Part shown: in pieces, positions 11,322 to 27,977 of the stretch
Layout: every line of letters starts with the position of its first letter
Numbering within the stretch: position 1 is the stretch's first letter
Assembly: GCA_002269645.1 (NCBI GenBank)
Contig: NIVC01004157.1
Location: forward strand, 1 to 57,553
Length of the DNA: 57,553 nt
Source of the DNA: Macrostomum lignano
Taxonomy: Eukaryota
Reading direction: 5' to 3'
Made by a program: the position numbers and the translations under genes
Notes under the pieces: model-generated
The model's input: the letters and a program-made list of their open reading frames with translations, nothing else
Database searches by the model: none
What the model was told of the DNA's origin: nothing

Positions 11322-12956
11322 ATGACGCGCATGCTGCTGCCGGCCCGCACCAGCCCCGTCCGCATTGGGCTGGCCGTGTTCGCCCTTGGGCTCGTCTTGA
11401 CTGTCCCACTGCTGCTCCTGACCACGTCCTGGCGTCGCGGGTCGCACGTCGGCGACACGGACAGTGAGCTGACCGGCCTCAGCAGCTTCTGGCATCTCGG
11501 CGACGCGTCAAGGAAGTTCGCTGACAAACCCGCGGAATTTCGACAGCCGTTCGTCTACGCGCCGCTGGACACGGAGTTCATCGACAGCAACTTCGACCGG
11601 CTGAAGCTGGCCCTGTCCCGCTCGCCCATGGGCAAGTACCAGGCCCACGTGGACGTCCTGATGACGGAACGGAGGCCGCAGATCAACACAGACGGCTGGC
11701 GGTTTCACACACCGTCTGGACGGAACCTCACGCTGGCTGGCCTGCAGGCGGAGACCTACGACAGGAACTACACGACCCCAAACCTGGCGCACTTCATCCT
11801 GCCTTTCCAGGACCCGCAGCTCGCCTTCCATCATTTTGTGTGCATCCTGAGCGGCTTCTGGGTGATGCGGCCGCAGAAGCTGGTGCTTTGGTACGCGAAG
11901 CCGCCGTCCGGGCACTACTGGGAGCTGCTGAAGACCAACATCACCGCCCCGGTGTGGGAGCAGCGCATCGTCATGATCCAGCGCCCAGTGACGCAGAAGT
12001 AAGTTTGGCAAAAATCAATATATGAAAATGTGCTCGCTAGCCGGTTAACTTCCTCTGAAAAGTTGGAGAGTGTAATAATTGAGAGCCCAATTGGGCCAGT
12101 TTGTAACCGACAGCTCAGCCGCAGTTTCATCGAACACAAAAAGGTGTAATGCTGGCACCTATTTTACAGCTGGGTGAACTGAAGCAATGCAGAGCTAAGT
12201 GTTCTGCTCAAGGACACAAATTGTTCCAGTGGGGCCGGGAATCGAACCCCCGACCTTCAAGTCGTAAGCCCGACGCTCAAACCACTCGACAGTCTAGAGC
12301 GCGCTTGCTCGCTGGGACAGCTTACAAGCCAAAAATCGATGTACGTTCACAGCATTTCACAGTATTACTGTGAAATGAGTCAATTAAGACATAAGTTATC
12401 TCTCTCCGCCAGGATTTACAACATGACCGTGAAGGTGAAGGAGCACCAGGCCGACGTCATGCGCATCGAGGCCGTCCTGGTGCTCGGTGGGGTCTACCTG
12501 GACCTGGACGTGATCACCCTGAACGCCATGGAGCCGCTTCGAAAATACCAGTTCGCCATCGGCAAGGAGCTGCCCACAGTCCTCTGCAACGGCGTGTTCA
12601 GCGGTGCGCCCAACAACACCGTGCTGGCGCTCTGGCACCTCTCCTACCAGACCTTCGACGACGCCTCCTGGGGCGGCCACTCGCTGTACGTGATCGGCGA
12701 CATCTGCAAGCACTTTCCCGGCCACTGCCACATTGAAGAGGACTCGCTGGACAGGCCGGGCTGGATCAACTTCGGCAAGATGTACGGCGAGGGAGACCGC
12801 ACCTGGGACTGGCAGACAAAGAATTACGCCATGCACCTGTTCTACCGGCTGTACGGAGTGCAGCACGACCTGAAATCCATTCGCACCGTCAACAACACCC
12901 TGGGCGACATGTTTCGCTTCATCTTGTTCGGCAGGAAAGAGCCCTTCAAGAGCTGA
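11322..12956 (+). CDS. DXD-motif glycosyltransferase (alpha-1,4-GT / GT32-like, Gly_transf_sug), type II membrane protein, ~406 aa. Exons 11322-11998 and 12413-12956.
   Basis: N-terminal hydrophobic anchor (IGLAVFALGLVLTVPLLLL), then PNLAHFI, HQADVMRIEAVLVLGGVYLDLDV and FDDASWGGHS. Donor AA|GTAAGT and acceptor CCGCCAG|G are both phase 2. Spliced length 1221 nt is divisible by 3. Confidence 0.88.
12140..12300 (-). mobile_element. tRNA-derived SINE with a CORE-like central domain, in the glycosyltransferase intron
   Basis: Minus strand: A-box-like TCGAGTGGT, B-box GGTTCGATTCC, then GTGTCCTTGAGCAGAACACTTAGCTCTGCATTGCTTCAGTTCACCCAGCTGTAAAATAGGTGCC, which resembles the CORE-SINE domain. Boundaries approximate. 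Confidence 0.7.
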
Positions 12957-13250
12957 TGGACTGTACTGCATCGCCCAGCTGTTTCCTTTGCAATTTTATT
13001 CCCGTGAATCGTAACTTCATGTTCTAATTACAAACAAATTGGTCCCTATAGTGCTTCAATTTGGCTTTGGTAACCTACTCTCTTGTTCAACCGATCACTG
13101 TTCTGGCTGCAACTTTTGCTGCAATATAAAATTATAGCCATGCTGCGTGTTGCCAAACACCACTACTTACAGTCGTATTGCACGTGCATTGAAGCTGATG
13201 CGAATGTCTACAATAGTGAATTAATAAAAAAGCTCTGCTTCACCAACTAT

Positions 13251-14447
13251 AATGACACAGACACTAGAGATACTGACACAGACACTAGAGACACTGACAC
13301 AGACACTAGAGACACTGACACAGACACTAGAGATACTGACACAGACACTAGAGATACTGACACAGACACTAGAGATACTGACACAGACACTAGAGACACT
13401 GACACAGACACTAGAGATACTGACACAGACACTAGAGACACTGACACAGACACTAGAGACACTGACACAGACACTAGAGATACTGACACAGACACTAGAG
13501 ATACTGACACAGACACTAGAGATACTGACACAGACACTAGAGACACTGACACAGACACTAGAGATACTGACACAGACACTAGAGATACTGACACAGACAC
13601 TAGAGACACTGACACAGACACTAGAGATACTGACACAGACACTAGAGATACTGACACAGACACTAGAGATACTGACACAGACACTAGAGATACTGACACA
13701 GACACTAGAGATACTGACACAGACACTAGAGATACTGACACAGACACTAGAGATACTGACACAGACACTAGAGACACTGACACAGACACTAGAACAGCTA
13801 GAGACACTGACACAGACACTAGAGATACAGACACAAACACTAGAGATACTGACACAGACACTAGAGATACAGACACAAACACTAGAGATACTGACACAGA
13901 CACTAGAGACACTGACACAGACACTAGAGATACTGACACAGACACTAGAGATACAGACACAAACACTAGAGATACAGACACAAACACTAGAGACACTGAC
14001 ACAGACACTATAACAACTAGAGACACTGACACCGACACTAGAGACACTGACACAGACACTATAACAACTAGAGACACTGACACCGACACTAGAGACACTG
14101 ACACAGACACTAGAGACACTGACACAGACACTAGAACAGCTAGAGACACTGACACAGACACTAGAACAGCTAGAGACACTGACACAGACACTAGAACAGC
14201 TAGAGACACTGACACAGACACTAGAACAGCTAGAGACACTGACACAGACACTAGAACAGCTAGAGACAGACACTAGAACAGCTAGAGACACTGACACAGA
14301 CACTAGAACAGCTAGAGACACTGACACAGACACTAGAGACACTGACACAGACACTAGAGACACTGACACAGACACTAGAACAGCTAGAGACAGACACTAG
14401 AACAGCTAGAGACACTGACACAGACACTAGAACAGCTAGAGACACCG
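13251..14447. repeat. 21-bp minisatellite (GACACAGACACTAGAGATACT) with 9-bp insertion variants toward the 3' end
   Basis: Visible tandem units. Confidence 0.95.
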
Positions 14448-14824
14448 CTAGCCACTCAAATATCTGCGGCCCCGAATGAAATTTTCTTGGAAAACAACGC
14501 AAAAAGAAAAAAATTAGATTAGAGATGCCTGGCAGTCTGCAAGCTCCATAACTGGATTTTGCCTGAGTCTACCGGATCCTCTGAAGTTCTTGCCCACCGG
14601 GCAGCACCGTGAGGGCCGCAGCTCAACTGGATTATCCTACAATTTATCAAATCCAGAGCAGGATGCAGAAGCGTCCGAGCTGCATAAAAGCTAAGAAATC
14701 GAGTCCGGGTAACCCGCGGGGCCGCAGTTAAGAGAGAAACTCTGCAGCAAGACAAAACAAAACACTGAAGACTTGCTGTTGAAGTTTAGTTTTAAATTCC
14801 CAAAAAACAATCCAGCACTGCTGA

Positions 14825-18704
<3,880 letters not shown>

Positions 18705-18965
18705 TTGCATGCACAGACGCTAAACAAAACTCTCGCTAACTTCCGTTAAATTTGATTCAAAATTCTCATTTTTCAGAGAGAAAGCAAAAGTGCCCGGGAT
18801 CTGTAGGGCACAGCGCGTTCTTTCTGCAGCTTCCGTTGCTTGCAACACTGTTGCAGCCCACAAACTTTTTCTAGTTGAGCGCAAATACAAATGGCTCTGC
18901 TACGAGCAAATCGCTCATTGAAGCACGACAGCTGTTGCACAAGTAATGCTTTTGACAGTCAGGTT

Positions 18966-21380
18966 GACAGATCAGCATCAATTCTGCATCAGATCAGCAT
19001 CAGCATCAGCATCAGCATCAGCATCAGCATCAGATCAGCATCAGATCAGCATCAGATCAGCATCAGCATCAATTCTGCATCAGATCAGCATCAGCATCAG
19101 CATCAGATCAGCATCAGATCAGCATCAGATCAGCATCAGATCAGCATCAGATCAGCATCAATTCTGCATCAGATCAGCATCAGATCAGCATCAAATCAGC
19201 ATCAGATCAGCATCAGATCAGCATCAGATCAGCATCAAATCAGCATCAGATCAGCATCAGATCAGCATCAGATCAGCATCAGATCAGCATCAGATCAGCA
19301 TCAGATCAGCATCAGCATCAATTCTGCATCAGATCAGCATCAGCATCAGCATCAGATCAGCATCAGATCAGCATCAGATCAGCATCAGCATCAATTCTGC
19401 ATCAGATCAGCATCAGATCAGCATCAATTCTGCATCAGATCAGCATCAGATCAGCATCAGATCAGCATCAGATCAGCATCAGATCAGCATCAATTCTGCA
19501 TCAGATCAGCATCAGATCAGCATCAGATCAGCATCAGATCAGCATCAATTCTGCATCAGATCAGCATCAGCATCAGCATCAGCATCAATTCTGCATCAGA
19601 TCAGCATCAGCATCAGCATCAGCATCAATTCTGCATCAGATCAGCATCGGCATCAGCATCAATTCAGCATCAATTCAGCATCAGCATCAATTCTGCATCA
19701 GATCAGCATCAGCATCAATTCTGCATCAGATCAGCATCAGCATCAGCATCAGCATCAATTCTGCATCAGATCAGCATCGGCATCAGCATCAATTCAGCAT
19801 CAATTCAGCATCAGCATCAATTCTGCATCAGATCAGCATCAGCATCAGCATCAGCATCAATTCTGCATCAGATCAGCATCAGCATCAATTCTGCATCAAT
19901 TCAGCATCAGCATCAATTCTGCATCAGCATCAATTCTGCATCAATTCTGCATCAGCATCAATTCTGCATCAGCATCAGATCAGCATCGGCATCAGCATCA
20001 ATTCAGCATCAATTCTGCATCAGCATCAATTCTGCATCAATTCTGCATCAGCATCAATTCTGCATCAATTCAGCATCAATTCTGCATCAATTCTGCATCA
20101 GCATCAATTCTGCATCAATTCTGCATCAGCATCAATTCTGCATCAATTCTGCATCAGCATCAATTCTGCATCAGCATCAATTCTGCATCAGCATCAATTC
20201 TGCATCAGCATCAATTCTGCATCAATTCTGCATCAGCATCAATTCTGCATCAGCATCAATTCTGCATCAATTCTGCATCAGCATCAATTCTGCATCAGCA
20301 TCAATTCTGCATCAGCATCAATTCTGCATCAGCATCAATTCTGCATCAGCATCAATTCTGCATCAATTCTGCATCAGCATCAATTCTGCATCAGCATCAG
20401 ATCAGCATCGGCATCAGCATCAATTCAGCATCAATTCTGCATCAGCATCGATTCTGCATCAGATCAGCATCAATTCTGCATCAATTCTGCATCAGCATCA
20501 ATTCTGCATCAGCATCAATTCTGCATCAATTCAGCATCAGCATCAATTCTGCATCAATTCTGCATCAGCATCAATTCTGCATCAGCATCAATTCTGCATC
20601 AGCATCAATTCTGCATCAATTCTGCATCAGCATCAATTCTGCATCAGCATCAGATCAGCATCGGCATCAGCATCAATTCAGCATCAATTCTGCATCAGCA
20701 TCAATTCTGCATCAATTCTGCATCAGCATCAATTCTGCATCAATTCTGCATCAGCATCAATTCTGCATCAGCATCAATTCTGCATCAATTCTGCATCAGC
20801 ATCAATTCTGCATCAGCATCAATTCTGCATCAATTCTGCATCAGCATCAATTCTGCATCAGCATCAATTCTGCATCAATTCTGCATCAGCATCAATTCTG
20901 CATCAGATCAGCATCAGATCAGCATCAGCATCAATTCTGCATCAGCATCAATTCTGCATCAATTCAGCATCAGCATCAATTCTGCATCAGCATCAATTCT
21001 GCATCAATTCTGCATCAGCATCAATTCTGCATCAATTCTGCATCAGCATCAATTCTGCATCAGCATCAATTCTGCATCAATTCTGCATCAGCATCAATTC
21101 TGCATCAATTCTGCATCAGATCAGCATCAGATCAGCATCAGATCAGCATCAGCATCAATTCTGCATCAGATCAGCATCAGCATCAATTCTGCATCAGATC
21201 AGCATCAATTCAGCATCAAATCAGCATCAGCATCAATTCAGCATCAATTCAGCATCAATTCAGCATCAAATCAGCATCAAATCAGCATCAATTCAGCATC
21301 AATTCAGCATCAATTCAGCATCAGCATCAATTCAGCATCAATTCAGCATCAATTCAGCATCAATTCAGCATCAGCATCAG
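18966..21380. repeat. Modular low-complexity satellite built from GCATCA, GATCA and ATTCT/ATTCA modules
   Basis: Directly visible. The 896-aa and 820-aa ORFs are repeat translations. Confidence 0.95.
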
Positions 21381-21459
21381 CAGACAGGCAGACAGACAGA
21401 CACACTAAAACAGACAGACAGACAGACAGACAGACAGATAGACAGACAGACAGACAGAC

Positions 21460-21516
<57 letters not shown>

Positions 21517-21535
21517 AAGACAGACAGACAGACAG
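21380..21535. repeat. (GACA)n microsatellite, left part of an array split by a transposon
   Basis: Directly visible, resumes at 25071. Confidence 0.93.
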
Positions 21536-22924
21536 CCCAGTGAAAAAAATGATATGGATTCCATGTGGATTTTTCATATGAAATCCATATGTGCATTTGT
21601 CTCCGTCCATCCATGTGGAATCAAGATATGGATTCCACATGGAAGATCCATATGGAAGTAATTATGTATTTCACATAGAATCCACATTGTCATTGAATAA
21701 GCAGCCATTATACTGGTTGCCATAATAAATTGTTGCATCCTAAATCTCAAAATAATACCAGATCTCAAAATTTCATACGAACCCCAGATCTCAATACCAT
21801 ATAAAAGAAACTGAAACACAGATAAAACACTAGCTATAGCCAAAAATATTTCTGCACAAAAATTCAAAATTCAAAATTCAAAAACGATGTAAGGTGTATT
21901 TATGTACAGTAGTGAGTCACTGGCACACAAAGAATAAACACACTGATGTAAATATTGATATCTTTAGAGTTGCACTGCGCATATGATATAATATATAATT
22001 TGAAATTGACATTGTCAATAGCATTAATTAACAATAATATAATGCATCAGAATTAGAACAGTCAGAAACATGCTGCTGCCAATTGCCAGAATGCTGCTTC
22101 TTCAGGTCAGGTGAGCAACCTTAGAAAAGAAAGGGGTTAAATTACAGAGTTTATAACAGATTGATGACAGATTTTGTAATAGATTTTGATAGATTTTGAT
22201 GACAGAAAAAAATAAGTTTATAACTAAAACTTACCATTGCTTCACAAAAGGTAGCATTTGAGATATTAAATTCAAATTCCAAGTAGCTTTGCAAGCTTCT
22301 TCAAATGCAAGACCAAGGTGACATCCAAGTTTGAGGATGGGTCATGTAATGTTAGGCATGCATGAAATAGAAAAATAATTGTTGCCAATTAAGATTGATA
22401 AATAATATTGATATAATTCATAAAACTAATTTAATGATAAATACTTATAAAATAAAATAAAGTTTATTTTAAAATTAACTAGGCCTAAGTCCTAGGTTTA
22501 TTTTTTAAGCGCAAAGTGTACATATGCACCCTAAATTTAAAAATTGCACCTTGAAAATTGAAATTAAAAAGTTGATGATACAGTTTAGGTGTGATCTCAT
22601 TACCTATTTTCCTGTTGAAGCCTTTTTTGCACTGCCTTTATATAGGCCTAAGAAAAAAGAGAAACTGCATTCTAAGCCTTAAAATCATAAAACCCTAAAA
22701 GTGAGCATAGGGTATGATTTTGCACCTTGTCTCTAGCAAAAAAGAAAACCCTACCCAAGTCAATCAATAAAATTAAATTATTAAAATTAAAATAATAAGT
22801 ACAAAAAATTAATATATGTTTCTATAAATTTAATTTTTTATTTTAAAATTGATTTTAGACTATAAAGTATTTAGGCAAAGCAATGCATGTTTTTTTTTAT
22901 ATTTGCGGGCCTATTATGATTAAA

Positions 22925-23885
22925 AGGGGGGCTGTAGCCAAGCGGTAGCACAGCTGCTTTGGTGTGCCAGCAACCTAGGCTTGATTCTAAGTGCAGTCAC
23001 ATTAATTTGGGGCTAAATTGGAATCTTGGCTTGGCTCTCTGTTTGTGCAATTAATGGCCTTGAGAGCCAACCCCCAAGGCATAGTGAAGTATACATGCCT
23101 AACAATAAATAAAGTTAGGGCCACTGTACACTCCTGTGTAAGTGTGCCTGCATACGTATCTGCATGCTTGTGTGCCTGCTCAAGGGAGTTAGTGGAATGG
23201 GCAGCAATGCCTCTCGCCAGTCCCTATAGGAAAAAGTTGTAAAACCGCGGACGGTGTCCGGCGCACTTTTGAAATTTTTCTAAAGCGCAGCGCGCGCACA
23301 GGCGCAGCGCCTGCGCGCGCTGCCCTTTCTTACTGGCTGCTGCTCTAGCAAATACATATACATGGAAATGGGTATAATACCTCTGTTGAAGGGGCTTATA
23401 CACTCGTAATTTATTAAGCTTAGAGATGTTCCGAAAATTCAATTTCAATTTTCCAAAATTTGAAATTTTTTAGAGCGAATTTCAATTTCGAAATAAAATT
23501 TAGAAGTGAAAATTTTGGTAGTGTCTAAAAAGTCGCTAAAAATAAACTACTTTCTACTACATATACATGTATTACTTTTTGCTTAAGCAGTAAATTGAAA
23601 GTAAAAAAGTGAGTGTTGATCATACTAAACTTTGTTTTTCTGAATTATGATTTCGGGAAATTTCAATTTTGATTTTGGAAAGTTAGCGAATTTTGATTTC
23701 GACGAAACTGCAGATCTTTTGGAACATCTCTAATAATCCTAAAGCGCGGTAAAATAGTTTGACTCTTTTCTAAAGCGCGCGTCCGCGGGTTTTTAACATT
23801 TATTCCAATAGGGTCGCCAGTTGTATGCCTATGTCGCTTAAAGTGTGCCAGGGTGTACACAACCCCCTGCCTCTAATAAAAAAAA
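22925..23885 (+). mobile_element. Degenerate tRNA(His-like)-derived SINE, interrupted by the 23222-23813 element
   Basis: A-box-like TAGCCAAGCGG. CAGCAACCTAGGCTTGATTCTAAGT resembles tRNA-His CAGCAACCTCGGTTCGAATCCGAGT. A-rich tail near 23875-23885. Confidence 0.55.
23222..23813. mobile_element. 592-bp non-autonomous DNA element with CCC termini and 8-bp TSD, superfamily unassigned
   Basis: TIRs CCCTATAGGAAAAAGTTGTAAAACCGCGGACG vs (rc) CCCTATTGGAATAAATGTTAAAAACCCGCGGACG. TSD TCGCCAGT on both sides. Confidence 0.78.
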
Positions 23886-25070
23886 TAGTATGATTAAACA
23901 TTAGGCCTAATCTTAAAAGCTATGCCCTATAGCTATTAAATTCTGGACTTGGCCTAAATCAGATCAAATTTACAATAATCATTATTTATTTATAATAGCA
24001 ACCTTAGGGCTCTGCTAGGCTAGCTATGCCAAAAACAGGTTGCAAGTGTAATTGCAAAGAATTATTTAAATATTTATAATGATTAATAATATTGTTTTTA
24101 AAAATGCAACAAGTCTAAAAGATGCTAACAGGCTTTTTTGAAGAAAATCATAAATGAATAGATTTTTAACAGATTAACTAGATTGACTAGTCACAATTCA
24201 CAAAGTCAAGCTAGTCTTAACCTTAATTAAAATAGAAGGACCTCTAAATTGATAGTTATAGGCCTAGGCCTAGCTTAAAATAGGCCTAATAAGCATACAT
24301 AAATAGATAAGACTAATAGGTAGGACTAAGAGGAAATTATGAACTTCTAAAGGCCTATTTAAGTTTAAAAAATGAGTAGCCAATCTATGGACATGGCCAT
24401 GGGATTCCTAGAAATTGGATAAGCCTAAATAAATTTATCATGGATGGATTTTACCAAAAGTATTAGGCCTATCTATGATGAAATACTGATTTATCTAATT
24501 TCTAATCCCATGGAGGCCATGGCCTTATAAGTTATTGCCTATAGGCTACGTCTACTAAAATTTTTAAGGTGCTTAAATAGCCATAAACAAGGCAATTTAT
24601 CTTTTAAGGCCTTGAACCAAGACATTGACGCGCGAATATAAAATAAAATAAATTTAATTTTAAAAAGCACGAAACGTTTTTTATTGTTCACTTCTATTTT
24701 GTCTATTTTAACAAACAGTATCTTATTTTCTGATTATAATTTAGCTTTAAGATATTAATTTCTACTTAAAAGCATATAAATATAATAATTAATTATAGTA
24801 ATTTCATAAAAACGTCTGAATGTGGTGTATCACAGTTTTTTTATCGAAGTGGATTCCATGTTGAATCAATATACGCTTATTTCTCATGAATTCCTTGTAA
24901 AATCCACATCAACATTGGGACAGTAAAAATTAAAAAAATAGTGCATAAAAAATACTTTGCATACCATTATGTCATCTTTAAGTCATTAATTTGCAAAAAT
25001 TAAAGAAACATTTAAATTCCACATGGCCACGTGGAACCCACGTGGAATCCATGAATCATTTTTCACTGGG

Positions 25071-25437
<367 letters not shown>

Positions 25438-25768
25438 ACTGCTTAAAGTGCTTTTAGTCAGAGTTTTTTTGCATCTGGAAAACTACCCGCATTGTGCTGG
25501 CCAAGGCTGTGAATTTCATCATTCATTTATGGCCGCTCAGCACGCGAGATACGTGGGCAAGCGCTGAGCCGGCAGCTGCTGCATGATTGGTGATCATTAT
25601 CAATGCATACGCGATGAGCAGCCGACCCATCAAGCAGCAGCTTCTCCCATGCACAGAGATGGCGCATAATAGCAGCCCAGCATCCAGCAGCTGTCAGCTC
25701 CACTGACTGACTGACTGACTGACTGACTGACTGACTGACGAACTAACGAAACTAACTAACTGAAACAG

Positions 25769-26010
25769 ACGCATCCGAACGTCACCCGAATGGTGGTCAG
25801 CTCCGCAATGACTCCAGACAACTACGCCAAAGTGTGCTCACTCGGCGGCTTCCCATAATTCGGTTTGCAGTTCTCCAGTGCTTTTGCGGCTGGACCTACG
25901 GATCCCTCGGACAGGCTGAGGACAAAGACTGCGACACAGCGTGCCAAGGCAATGCCTCGATTAACTGCGGCGGACCATACAGGAACTCGGTCTTCGCAAT
26001 GCGCTACGTT
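25769..26010 (+). pseudogene. WSC-domain exon with an in-frame stop and a frameshift
   Basis: MTPDNYAKVCSLGGFP*FGLQF then, shifted one frame, QCFCGWTYGSLGQAEDKDCDTACQGNASINCGGPYRNSVF. This fits the WSC cysteine pattern. TAA lies where Tyr is expected. Confidence 0.75.
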
Positions 26011-26467
26011 TTGCAGAATTTTTGCATGTATTTATTGCCTACTATCTTTTCGTGCTAAATATTATTACTCATCTATTACTTTTTTAAATACATACATACG
26101 CTCGTACTAGCTGATGTGGGCAGCAGCCACACGAATGCAATAGTAATAAATGTTAAAAAACTATCTGAATCTTTGTGATAAAAGAGAAAAGGCTGAGTGG
26201 CCTACTAAAAGTAGCAAAACTAGTAAGCGAAAACTTTCTCCTTTCTCAGTCCGCGGTCATTCCCTTGTCGGCCTGAAATCAGAGGCCATGGGACTCAGAT
26301 AAGGTCGTACCGCTAAGATACTATCGGACTCTGACAAATAAGAGTCCTTCGGACTTTACTTTTTACACCGGGACGGTTCCCGTGAGGATTTTTTATTAGA
26401 TTGACAATTTCTACAACTTCCAACAAGGTCTTGGTATGCCGTATATTTGTCGGATCGCAAGTGCATA

Positions 26468-26915
26468 CCCACGTCCTGTAATCAACACCCACGTCCTGTA
26501 ATCCACACACTCACGTCCTGTAATCCACACACCCACGTCCTGTAATCCACACACCCACGTCCTGTAATCCACACACACACGTCCTGTAATCCACACACAC
26601 ACGTCCTGTAATCCACACACACACGTCCTGTAATTCACACCCACATCCTGTAATCCACATCCACATCCTGTAATCCACACACACGTCCTGTAATCCACAC
26701 ACACACGTCCTATAATCCACACACACGTCCTGTAATCCACACACGTCCTGTAATCCACACCCACATCCTGTAATCAACACCCACGTCCTGTAATCTACAC
26801 CCACGTCCTGTAATCAACACACACGTCCTGTAATCCACACACGTCCTGTAATCAACACACACGTCCTGTAATCCACACCCACATCCTGTAATCTACACCC
26901 ACGTCCTGTAATCCA
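26468..26915. repeat. 20-24 bp minisatellite (ACGTCCTGTAATCCACACAC) with variable AC length
   Basis: Visible tandem units. Confidence 0.93.
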
Positions 26916-26932
26916 GCCGGGAGTCACAAATT

Positions 26933-27289
26933 ATGAGGACTACATGTAGATGCGCTGCCGCAAAACCGAGTCATTCATTCGGCAGCGAATGCTCATCGTA
27001 CCGCTTGGACCCCAGCCGGCCCCAGCTGGTGGTGAGCAGCGCCTACTCGAAGAGCACTTACTGGACTGAAGCCAGTCCGGATGTGATCAGCTGCTTTCTA
27101 AAGTGCGACACCGCCGCTAGCAACTGCCTGGCGGTGCTCTTGAGCCGACAGACTCGGCTCTGCTACCTGCTGAAGTTCGCCCTGGTGCCGCAGGCTCTGA
27201 GCACCGTCGAGGGAGTTTTATGCTCGTGGCTAAAACGGTTTCTCATTGAACAAAATGTCGAAAAGTTTTTTTTAATTCTATTTTTCTGA
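26933..27289 (+). other. Possible PAN/apple-like domain coding fragment, perhaps from the same decayed gene as the WSC exon
   Basis: SCFLKCDTAASNCLAVLLSRQTRLCYLL has PAN-like C-x3-C-x6-C...CYL spacing and GC-rich codon-like composition. No clear splice sites found. Confidence 0.35.
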
Positions 27290-27977
27290 AAAACTTTTGA
27301 AAAATCGTACATCAGCGTAGAACGTGTGCTTAAAGTAGTTAATTTTTATTATCTTATATGTTATGAGCTGACTCAAGTTCTCAGCCTCTTATAACGTTAC
27401 TAACGGTTAATATATAGAGCTCCTTTCTGACCAACTATATGAACATAACAGCATCCCAAACAGAATTAGTTTGAGTTCAAACAATCGTGAGTTCATTCAC
27501 TAGTGAGGCAGGTGGCAGAGGGGCTCTTGATTAAGTGATTAAGTTGGTTAAACGCTTGAAATCCTTTTTTTAAAATTTAAAAAAAAATTAAATCTTTATT
27601 ATTGTTGTCTCCTACGGGGGGGCTAAGATTGCCAGTCCAATATACTAAAATTTGTACGCTAATGCTAAGAAACTGAAATATTGCTATCTCGCTAGTGCGA
27701 ATTGAAGAACACTTCAAGTCATACTCTGCATTGTACAGCATTGCTGCACTGCCTACAAACTACGCAGCAACAGGCCAGGGGGTGCTCAGTTGTACAGCTA
27801 AAATATCTGCTCAAGTACTCAGCCGACCAAACAAAAGTAAGAGAGACGAACCAACCAGAGCAAATGAGGGGTCGGCGAGACCAGATGCGCAGCAATAAAT
27901 GCAAGAGCAGGGAGCGGAGGAGGGTGACAGCTCAGCTCAGAACCCGGACTGCTCCAGGAGAGACTAGTACTGTTGCC

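Larger units (their letters stand above)
21536..25070. mobile_element. Non-autonomous CACTA/EnSpm (CMC)-type element, 3535 bp, inserted in (GACA)n
   Basis: Imperfect TIRs CCCAGTGAAAAAAATGATATGGATTCCATGTGG vs (rc) CCCAGTGAAAAATGATTCATGGATTCCACGTGG. 2-bp TSD AG. Repeated subterminal CCA(T/C)GTGGA motifs at both ends. Confidence 0.8.

Noticed and set aside
12229-12300. Possible tRNA gene
   Set aside because: Poor acceptor stem, and it runs into a CORE-like body, so it is better explained as a SINE head.
13083-14375. Long Asp/Thr or Ser/Val ORFs
   Set aside because: Repeat translations open on both strands.
18891-21581. 896-aa and 820-aa ORFs
   Set aside because: The satellite modules simply lack stop codons on this strand.
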